DNA of 18,897 nt from Breznakia sp. PF5-3 (lineage in GTDB: Bacteria > Bacillota_I > Bacilli_A > Erysipelotrichales > Erysipelotrichaceae). Positions within the stretch are counted from its first letter, which is position 1; every line of letters starts with the position of its first letter. Shown in pieces: positions 1-6,906 of this stretch. Location of the stretch: the NCBI RefSeq assembly GCF_029504745.1, contig NZ_JAQFIQ010000044.1:1-18897 (forward strand). Direction: 5' to 3'. The translations under genes were made by a program, and so were the position numbers. The notes beneath the pieces are model-generated. The model saw only the letters and a list, made by a program, of their open reading frames with translations. It made no database searches and was not told the origin of the DNA.

Positions 1-98
1 AACGAATCTATTATCTATTAATTAGAGTGTAAATGCAATCGATATGGAAGGCGATGCTTCTGTTTGATTACATTACATATTATACGAGGGGGAATTAT

Positions 99-890
99 AT
101 GAATATCTTACAAATCATTTTATTGGCGTTGATTACCTTTATTTTCGCGATTGACCAATTCTCATTAACCGAAGTGGCATATCGCCCAATCATCGCATGT
201 CCAATCATTGGTTTAGTACTTGGCGATTTTAAGACAGGTTTAATCGTTGGTGGTACTTATGAACTTATGATGGTTGGTAATATGCCGGTTGGAGGTGCAC
301 AACCGCCAAATGCCGTACTGGGAGCAGTTGTAGCAATGGTGTTCTCAGTAAAAGCAAACATGGGAATTGATGCTGCTTTAGGGACAGCTGTAATATTCTC
401 AGTATTTGGACAATATGCAGTAACGCTTACGTTTACCCTTATTTCTGGATTTATGGCAAAAGCAGATAGTGCTGCTGAAAAAGGTGATACAAAAGGAATT
501 GCTAGTGTAAACTATATTTCAATGGGAATTCTTGGATCACTATTTGCAGTAATGGCAGTTCTTGCTTATGTTGGTGGTAGTGCAATTGGAAACTACCTAC
601 AAAACTTTGCAGCTAGTTTTTCATGGGTTATGGCAGGATTGGATGCAGCCGGTGGAATGATGCGATATGTAGGGTTTGCTATTCTACTTAAGATTATGCT
701 TGCAAACGATCTGTGGGGAATTTACCTTGCAGGATTTGCAGCAGCTGCAGCACTTGGAAACATCAGTGCAACAGCAGGAGCAACATTATTATTAGTTGCT
801 TTCATTGGTGTAGCAATCGCAGTAAATGACTTTAAAAATGGAATCCGTAGTCGAAACTCAGGAAGTGGAGGTGTAGAAGATGGCATCTAA
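99..890 (+). CDS. PTS mannose/fructose/sorbose-family EIIC component
   Basis: The polytopic membrane protein starts MNILQIILLALITF. It contains RPIIACPIIGLVLGDFKTGLIVGGTYELMMVG, typical of ManY-type IIC. I prefer the ATG at 99 because a GAGGGGG RBS precedes it; the track ORF start at 33 has no RBS. The gene overlaps the following IID gene by 11 nt. Confidence 0.88.
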   Translation: MNILQIILLALITFIFAIDQFSLTEVAYRPIIACPIIGLVLGDFKTGLIVGGTYELMMVGNMPVGGAQPPNAVLGAVVAMVFSVKANMGIDAALGTAVIFSVFGQYAVTLTFTLISGFMAKADSAAEKGDTKGIASVNYISMGILGSLFAVMAVLAYVGGSAIGNYLQNFAASFSWVMAGLDAAGGMMRYVGFAILLKIMLANDLWGIYLAGFAAAAALGNISATAGATLLLVAFIGVAIAVNDFKNGIRSRNSGSGGVEDGI

Positions 891-1803
891 CTTAGAAGTA
901 TATGAAAATTTAACGCCAGCTGAACCTTTAGATAAAAAGACGTTAAATAAGATCATGTGGAAATCACTCATGTTGCAAGCTTCATTTAACTATGAAAGAA
1001 TGCAAGCCGCAGGTTGGCTATGGGCGATGTTACCAGGTTTGGAAAAAATCCATACCGATAAAAATGATTTAAGTGCTTCGATGAAGCACAACCTTGAATT
1101 CTTTAATACACATACATATACAGTAACCTTTGTTATGGGAATAGTATTATCCCTTGAACAACAAAAAGCAGACATCAATACCATTCGTTCCGTGCGTGTA
1201 GCAGCAATGGGACCATTAGGTGGAATTGGGGATGCAATGATTTGGTTTACCTTAATGCCAATTGCTGCTGGTATTACCGCAACAATGGCCATTGATGGTA
1301 ATGTGATTGGTCCAATTCTATATTTTATTATAGTATTTGGAGCACAAATGGCTTTACGATACTGGCTGCTTAACTGGTCTTATGCACTTGGTAGAACAGC
1401 AGTATCGATGTTGACCAACTATGCTAAAGAGTTTACACATGCCGCTTCAATGCTTGGTGTATTTGTAGTAGGAGCATTGACATGTAATTATGGAAACACT
1501 GCCATTGGAATGATCATTCCAAATGGAGAACAACAGATTATATTACAAGATTTGCTTAATGGAATCTTACCCTCATTAGTTCCATTAGCATTAACGTTAA
1601 TGTGTTACCTCTTAATTAAGAAAAGACAATGGTCTCCGACAAAGATTATCTGTCTACTGCTAGCCATTGGTGTCATTGGTTGTTCACTCGGTATCTGGAA
1701 AGGTAGCGCAGGAATGATCGTTGATACAAATAATGATGGAATTTATGATGCGGAAATGGAACAAGGATATGAGAGCCTCATTCCAGTACCATGGCATAAA
1801 TAG
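880..1803 (+). CDS. PTS mannose/fructose/sorbose-family EIID component
   Basis: The N-terminal region LMLQASFNYERMQAAGWLWAMLPGLEKIH is the characteristic ManZ-type IID signature. The protein has multiple TM segments and is translationally coupled to IIC. Confidence 0.88.
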   Translation: MASNLEVYENLTPAEPLDKKTLNKIMWKSLMLQASFNYERMQAAGWLWAMLPGLEKIHTDKNDLSASMKHNLEFFNTHTYTVTFVMGIVLSLEQQKADINTIRSVRVAAMGPLGGIGDAMIWFTLMPIAAGITATMAIDGNVIGPILYFIIVFGAQMALRYWLLNWSYALGRTAVSMLTNYAKEFTHAASMLGVFVVGALTCNYGNTAIGMIIPNGEQQIILQDLLNGILPSLVPLALTLMCYLLIKKRQWSPTKIICLLLAIGVIGCSLGIWKGSAGMIVDTNNDGIYDAEMEQGYESLIPVPWHK

Positions 1804-1890
1804 AACTTAACTTTATGAGTTACTTTCATTTCTCATAAATAAAATTGAAATGGATAACATCCAAAATATTCTTTACAAATTAAATAATTT

Positions 1891-1917
1891 AAAAAAAGGT
1901 GATGTAAGTCACCTTTT
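1891..1917. terminator. Bidirectional rho-independent terminator between the convergent PTS and ABC operons
   Basis: Stem AAAAGGTGA (1894-1902), loop TGTAAG, stem TCACCTTTT (1909-1917). An A-run lies upstream and a T-run downstream, so it can terminate transcription from either strand. Confidence 0.7.
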
Positions 1918-1930
1918 CAGATTGTTGTAG

Positions 1931-2740
1931 TTAAGATTGTTTCAGCAAGGCTTCGTAAGTAAATTTTTTGTTTGCTCTTTTCATCAACAAGATTGTGAGG
2001 ATGAGAAAGATAAGAGCTACGATGAGTAATAGCCATGCATTAATTAAAATAATTCCACTAAATTGTCCTACCAATAAAAGAAAGACAGGAATGATTAAGA
2101 AGACAGAACGTTGTTGTGACTCTTCTACCGTTTGTGATTTCGCTGATCCATTCACAATTAAGGTAATAGATAAAAGTGATAGGGTAGGAGCCAAAGCGAT
2201 TAAAATGATAATCCAGTTTAAGAAATCTAGGGATATGTTGTGATTCATAAGGAACATCATTTCAAGTTGTACAGTGATAACCATTGCGATAAAAGATGCG
2301 AAGGTAACCATCATACTTAAAGATAAAGCAGCAAATATTTTTGATTGAAAGATTTGTTTTAAAGATATTGGACTATATAATAATGTTTCTAATGTCCTTT
2401 TTTCTTTCTCTCCTACAAAGGAACTCGCTGCCATGACCGAAGAAGCCATAATTGGTATTAAAATGAAGAAGACCGGAATAACAGTATTTAAGAGCAAGGT
2501 AATCGCAGTGATTTGAATATTTGATCCAGCTTTAATTGATGGCATTATTTGTAAGAGTTGCTGAAACTCTGGTGAACTCTCTGGAAGAAAGCTGATGCTT
2601 ACAATAAAGATTGATGGTAGAGCAATAGAGAAGACAAAGGGAACAATCAATAACACAGGGAATAAACGTTTATTGAAAACAATTGTTCGTAAATCTTTTT
2701 TAATAATTGCCCGTTGGATGGAATTAAGCATGGTCTTCAC
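1931..2740 (-). CDS. ABC-2 type transporter permease
   Basis: 269-aa protein with about 6 hydrophobic segments. It overlaps the upstream ATPase gene by 17 nt (translational coupling). Its size and topology are typical of ABC-2 exporter permeases. Confidence 0.72.
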   Translation of the reverse strand: MKTMLNSIQRAIIKKDLRTIVFNKRLFPVLLIVPFVFSIALPSIFIVSISFLPESSPEFQQLLQIMPSIKAGSNIQITAITLLLNTVIPVFFILIPIMASSVMAASSFVGEKEKRTLETLLYSPISLKQIFQSKIFAALSLSMMVTFASFIAMVITVQLEMMFLMNHNISLDFLNWIIILIALAPTLSLLSITLIVNGSAKSQTVEESQQRSVFLIIPVFLLLVGQFSGIILINAWLLLIVALIFLILTILLMKRANKKFTYEALLKQS

Positions 2741-3650
2741 CGCCTTCTTTTCGATAAATATCTAGTAGAGAAAAATATATTTCTTCTAAGGTTTGTTCAT
2801 GAATAGATACATGGAAGATATTTCCTCCATGGTTAACAATCTCTTTAATAATATCAGGAATCTTATTTTCATCTTCTACCATAAATTGATAATTCATATC
2901 ATCTAGTTTTGTAAAGGGAATGGTATCTGGCATATAATCACTTTTGATATCAACCCGAATCCCACTTGCAACTTTTTGGCGTAAGGAAGTGAGGGTTCCA
3001 CTAGCAAACATACGTCCTTCATCAATCAATCCATAGGAAGTACAAAGCTCTTGTGCATATCGTAATTGATGTGTACATAAGAAAACAGTCACCCCATTTT
3101 GTTTGGCTAGATTTTTAATCATATTGTTGACACTTAGAATACTTTCAGGATCTAGTCCTGAAGTAGGTTCATCGAGAAAGAGAATCTTTGGATGATGAAT
3201 CATTGCTCGAGCTAAAGATAATCTTTGTCGCATCCCCGTAGAGTAAGTAGCAAGCTTTTGGTCTTTCGCATCAAGTAGATCCAATTGCGTTAATAACTTA
3301 GTAGCATGTTGCTTTGCTTCTGCTTTATCACTTCCAAAGAGGGCACTATAAAACATAAGATTTTCAAATCCACTCATATGATCATACATCTGAGAGTGTT
3401 CTGTAACTACCCCTGAGATTGCATGTACATGCTCAGGTTGTGAGGTAGAGTCATAACCATCGACACTACAAGCACCTTCACTAGGTTGTAATAACCCTGT
3501 TAAAAGCTTTACAGCAGTGGTTTTACCAGCTCCATTGGGACCAAGGAAACCAAAGATTTCTCCTTCTTTAATTGAAAAGCTGATGTTATCTACAGCTTTT
3601 TTACCTGTTGGGTATATTTTTGATAATTGTTGTACACAAATTGCATTCAT
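2724..3650 (-). CDS. ABC transporter ATP-binding protein
   Basis: Walker A GPNGAGKTT, signature-like YSTGMRQRLSLA, Walker B ILFLDEPTSGLD and H-loop CTHQL are all present. I prefer the start at MNAICVQQL (ATG 3650-3648) because AGGAGAA lies 6 nt upstream. The track start at 3668 lacks an RBS and overlaps the regulator's stop codon. Confidence 0.92.
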   Translation of the reverse strand: MNAICVQQLSKIYPTGKKAVDNISFSIKEGEIFGFLGPNGAGKTTAVKLLTGLLQPSEGACSVDGYDSTSQPEHVHAISGVVTEHSQMYDHMSGFENLMFYSALFGSDKAEAKQHATKLLTQLDLLDAKDQKLATYSTGMRQRLSLARAMIHHPKILFLDEPTSGLDPESILSVNNMIKNLAKQNGVTVFLCTHQLRYAQELCTSYGLIDEGRMFASGTLTSLRQKVASGIRVDIKSDYMPDTIPFTKLDDMNYQFMVEDENKIPDIIKEIVNHGGNIFHVSIHEQTLEEIYFSLLDIYRKEGGEDHA

Positions 3651-3660
3651 ATAGGTTCTC

Positions 3661-4758
3661 CTAACCATTTTTCTTAAGTTTTTTCATCAAAGATTGAAAT
3701 TGTTTATTATCTGCTAGAGCTACGAAAGCAGGATGTTCATCAAATACTTCGATAATGTTTTTACGAATTGATTCTTGATCTCGAGGGATAGGCATGGATG
3801 TTTTTGAAAACCATTCATCCAAACGTGTAAAGTACGCATCACCATGAAGTTCTAAGGGATATATTGTATCTGTTGCAACATCAACATAGGCTTGTATAGC
3901 TTCTAAGGCATTTTCTTTATCGTTAAAGTTCATAAAGCCAATCGCTGCACTTAGATAAATATTTAATAACTTAGTGGGATGTAGTTTCTTTAATTGAAAA
4001 AGTTCAATTAGCCCCAGTAAGCGATGATAAGTTTCGATAAACATATCTTTTTGTGTATAAGTAACAGAAAGATAAGTACTCATTAAATCACTTAGGTGTA
4101 ATACATATTGATAAATACTTATTTGTAAGTTATATTCGGCTTTATCATTTTCATGTAGCATTTGAAGAGCACTAGCTAGTATGGTTTCAGTAGAAATTAA
4201 TAAAGGTGTTTCTTCACCTAACAAGGCAATAATATCTTTTGGTTTTTGCGTCATTAATAAGGCCGTAGCTTCTAGATTTTGGGCAATGGTGCTTAATTCT
4301 ACTTCATTACTTTCTTTTTTTATCCGAATAAATAATTCAATTGCTTCATGAAGAATAGCTTCTACTTGATTCGTAGGTGCGAGGTTTGAATAATTCAAAT
4401 ACAAAGCACCTATCTGTAAGAGTAGTGGATAACAAGAATAGTATTCTTTTACAATCAAACGACAGCGCTTAATTACTTCTTCATATGGTTGTGAAGCAAA
4501 GGCGTTTGCCAATTCATCATATAAATTCTTAATTTCATATTTTGATAGTTGTGGGGAATATTGTAAGAGTTCATCCACACTGATATTAAAATATGTAGCT
4601 AATCTAGGAAGTAATTCAATATCGGGATAACTTTGTGCGGTTTCCCATTTTGATACCGCTGCTTTTGATACACCTAAAAAAGTAGCTAATGTTTCTTGTG
4701 AAACATTTTTTTCTTTTCGTAGTAGGGTAATCGTATCTGCAATTTTAATTTCTTTCAT
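3661..4758 (-). CDS. XRE-family HTH transcriptional regulator with a long all-helical (TPR-like) C-terminal domain
   Basis: The N-terminal sequence LLRKEKNVSQETLATFLGVSKAAVSKWETAQSYPDIELLPRLATYFNISVDELL is a canonical HTH_3/XRE motif. About 290 further residues look helical and repeat-like. An AGGAGAT RBS lies at 4764-4770 on the minus strand. It is the first gene of the regulator-ABC operon. Confidence 0.8.
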   Translation of the reverse strand: MKEIKIADTITLLRKEKNVSQETLATFLGVSKAAVSKWETAQSYPDIELLPRLATYFNISVDELLQYSPQLSKYEIKNLYDELANAFASQPYEEVIKRCRLIVKEYYSCYPLLLQIGALYLNYSNLAPTNQVEAILHEAIELFIRIKKESNEVELSTIAQNLEATALLMTQKPKDIIALLGEETPLLISTETILASALQMLHENDKAEYNLQISIYQYVLHLSDLMSTYLSVTYTQKDMFIETYHRLLGLIELFQLKKLHPTKLLNIYLSAAIGFMNFNDKENALEAIQAYVDVATDTIYPLELHGDAYFTRLDEWFSKTSMPIPRDQESIRKNIIEVFDEHPAFVALADNKQFQSLMKKLKKNG

Positions 4759-4784
4759 ATGATATCTCCTATCTTTATTCTACT

Positions 4785-4898
4785 AGTAGTTGATATTGTT
4801 AACAAGCGAATTACAGTAGAATTCAGTTAAAAAAATCAACTATTAGTATACGATTGTTATTATAAAAGATGTAGAATTGATAGGGTAAAATAGTTGAC
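4785..4898. promoter_or_regulatory. Three copies of a 10-bp motif A(A/G)TAGTTGA(T/C) in the divergent intergenic region; candidate operators
   Basis: Copy 1 is agTAGTTGAT at 4785-4794. Copy 2 is inverted, ATCAACTAtt at 4835-4844. Copy 3 is aaTAGTTGAC at 4889-4898. Copy 3 overlaps a TTGACG -35 box and copy 1 lies in the spacer of a minus-strand promoter candidate. Confidence 0.4.
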
Positions 4899-4922
4899 GA
4901 ATTTTTATCTTTCCTATATACT
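4894..4922 (+). promoter_or_regulatory. Candidate sigma-A promoter for the WxL cluster
   Basis: TTGACG (4894-4899), a 17-nt spacer, then TATACT (4917-4922). This would give a roughly 190-nt leader before the ATG at 5121. Confidence 0.4.
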
Positions 4923-5120
4923 TCCTTATGAAGCATGAATAGGGGGATAAAATATCACCGTTTATGTTATTCGATTGAGTTGAGGAAAAACTCGCTTAAG
5001 GGCGCAAAGATATATTCTTAAATCATAAATAATATTAATTGTGTAATCTATTAGGGGAATACACTTTTTAGGTTGAATATTACCTTATTTGCTTCAAGAA
5101 TAAAGAAAGGAGACTCAAGC

Positions 5121-5798
5121 ATGAAAAAGAAATTTTTATTAAGTGTTTTAGCATTTGGAATGGTTATGTTTGGCAGTATCTATACAATCAATGCAGAAGA
5201 TGAAAGTACTTCTACAGATGCAACGATTGCTTTTACTGGTGGTGATACTTCACCAACAAGTCCAGTAGATCCAGATAACCCAGACACTCCAGGAACAAAT
5301 CCAGGAACAAATATGGAGGGTCCATTGAGTCTGGACTATGTACCTGCATTGGCATTTGGTACACATGAAATTACAGGGAATGTAGCAACATATGACCTTA
5401 CGGATTTAAAACCGTATATCCAAGTCACGGACAAACGTGGTACAGGTAAAGGATGGAAAGTATCTGTATCTATGACTACATTTACTAATGGAGATTCATC
5501 AAGTTCGTTTTCAGGAGTATTATCATTTAAGAATCCAGAAGTGAAAACAACAACAGGGAATACTTCTACGCCACCAACTGCATCAGTGGCAACCGTAACA
5601 TCAGGTGCAGGTGAACAAAAATTAGTAGGTACAAATGCTGATAATCAGGGTATGGGTACATGGATTACAAGATGGTATCCAACAGCAAGTGCTACAAACA
5701 ATTTAAATGATGCAATTCAGCTTACTGTGAATACAGGGAATGCAACAACTGATTCATATACAGCAACGGTGAATTGGATTATATCAAACGCTCCTTAA
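5121..5798 (+). CDS. WxL domain-containing cell-surface protein (small, CscB-like)
   Basis: Signal peptide MKKKFLLSVLAFGMVMFGSIYTINA. It has an internal GKGWKVSVS motif and a C-terminal TVNWIISNAP motif, which is the two-WxL-motif architecture. AAAGGAGA RBS precedes the ATG at 5121; the track start at 5073 is unsupported. Confidence 0.8.
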   Translation: MKKKFLLSVLAFGMVMFGSIYTINAEDESTSTDATIAFTGGDTSPTSPVDPDNPDTPGTNPGTNMEGPLSLDYVPALAFGTHEITGNVATYDLTDLKPYIQVTDKRGTGKGWKVSVSMTTFTNGDSSSSFSGVLSFKNPEVKTTTGNTSTPPTASVATVTSGAGEQKLVGTNADNQGMGTWITRWYPTASATNNLNDAIQLTVNTGNATTDSYTATVNWIISNAP

Positions 5799-5833
5799 TT
5801 CTATAAAGGGCTAAGCATAAAGGAGGAATCGTA

Positions 5834-6874
5834 ATGAAAAAGACGATACAGAATATATTAAAAAAATTTATCATTTTCACTTTTCTATCAACTATGGTCT
5901 TTGGTGTTGCGGTTTCTTCCGCACATGCTGAAGAACCAACGGTTTCATTTAGTGTAAGCGCTATAATTCCTGATAATCAAATTGATAAGGAATTAACGTA
6001 TTTTGATTTGTTGATGGAACCAAATAAGGAACAGACGATTCAAATCGTCATTACCAATACAAGCAATGAACCAATCATTGCGAAAACACAGATTAATGCA
6101 GCATCGACAGGAACGAATGGGGTCATCGCTTATAGTATACCTGGTGTACGTGATAAGAGTATGAAACATTCAATTGAAGATATTGCAACCATCAAAGAAG
6201 CAGAGATTGAAATCGCTGCAAATAGTAATAAAGTGGTTGATATCCAACTAAAGATGCCCAAAGAAAAATATGATGGGGTAGTATTAGGTGGAATTTATGT
6301 AACCGCAAAAAATAAGAATGAAACAAAAGATGATAGTAAAGATGAAGGAATAGAAATTAAAAATGAAATAGCATATGCATTAGGTTTAAAGCTTACTGAA
6401 ACGAAAGCAACTGTAGAACCTAATATAAATTTGAAAGCAATTGGGCCATCTTTAGAAGCATTGCGAACAGCAATGAAGATCAATCTTCAAAACAGTGAAG
6501 CAGTAATTATGAAGAATGTGAAAATTGATGCCCAAATATATAAAAAAGGTAGTAATGAGGTGTTACACTCAGCTATGAGTGAAACAGCAGAAATTGCGCC
6601 TAACTCAAACTTTAATTTTATTGTTGATTGGGAAAATGAAACAATTGAACCAGGTACTTATCGATTGAAAATGAAAGTTGATTATGAAGATAAGTCTTGG
6701 GAATGGGATGAAGAGTTTGAAGTAAAAAATGACGATGCAAAAGAAGTGAATGAAGAAGCAATTAATACCGAAGAAGAATTTCCCTATTGGATATTGTTTA
6801 TTGTAGGTGGTATAGCGCTTGTAGCAGTTGTTTATTTAGCATTTATTTTAGGTAAACGAACAAGCAAAGGTTAA
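5834..6874 (+). CDS. DUF916/DUF3324-type cell-surface protein with C-terminal membrane anchor (CscA-like)
   Basis: It has a signal peptide, YFDLLMEPNKEQTIQIVITNTSNEPI (DUF916-like), a C-terminal TM segment WILFIVGGIALVAVVYLAFIL and a KRTSKG tail. A strong AGGAGG RBS is present. This is the invariable companion of WxL genes in known csc/WxL loci. Confidence 0.75.
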   Translation: MKKTIQNILKKFIIFTFLSTMVFGVAVSSAHAEEPTVSFSVSAIIPDNQIDKELTYFDLLMEPNKEQTIQIVITNTSNEPIIAKTQINAASTGTNGVIAYSIPGVRDKSMKHSIEDIATIKEAEIEIAANSNKVVDIQLKMPKEKYDGVVLGGIYVTAKNKNETKDDSKDEGIEIKNEIAYALGLKLTETKATVEPNINLKAIGPSLEALRTAMKINLQNSEAVIMKNVKIDAQIYKKGSNEVLHSAMSETAEIAPNSNFNFIVDWENETIEPGTYRLKMKVDYEDKSWEWDEEFEVKNDDAKEVNEEAINTEEEFPYWILFIVGGIALVAVVYLAFILGKRTSKG

Positions 6875-6906
6875 AACAAGCAAACAGACAAATAGGAAGG
6901 AGGGGT

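Noticed and set aside
33-98. N-terminal extensions in the ORF track (33-98 for IIC, 5073-5120 for the small WxL protein, 3651-3668 for the ABC ATPase, 9945-9980 for GIY-YIG, 9456-9473 for GNAT)
   Set aside because: In each case a downstream ATG has a proper Shine-Dalgarno sequence and yields the N-terminus expected for the family. The upstream starts lack RBSs or overlap terminators or neighbouring genes.
990-1292. 100-aa ORF antisense to the PTS IID gene
   Set aside because: It lies entirely inside a confidently assigned gene on the other strand, has no RBS, and its composition mirrors the sense gene. It is a shadow ORF.
1968-2243. 91-aa plus-strand ORF inside the ABC-2 permease gene
   Set aside because: It is a shadow ORF antisense to a membrane-protein gene, with no start context or recognisable motif.
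4759-5120. Small pheromone/peptide ORF next to the XRE/TPR-like regulator (RNPP-style quorum-sensing pair)
   Set aside because: Only trivial ORFs of 1-5 codons start at ATGs in this region (for example ATGAAGCATGAATAG), and none has an RBS. I have no support for a peptide gene.
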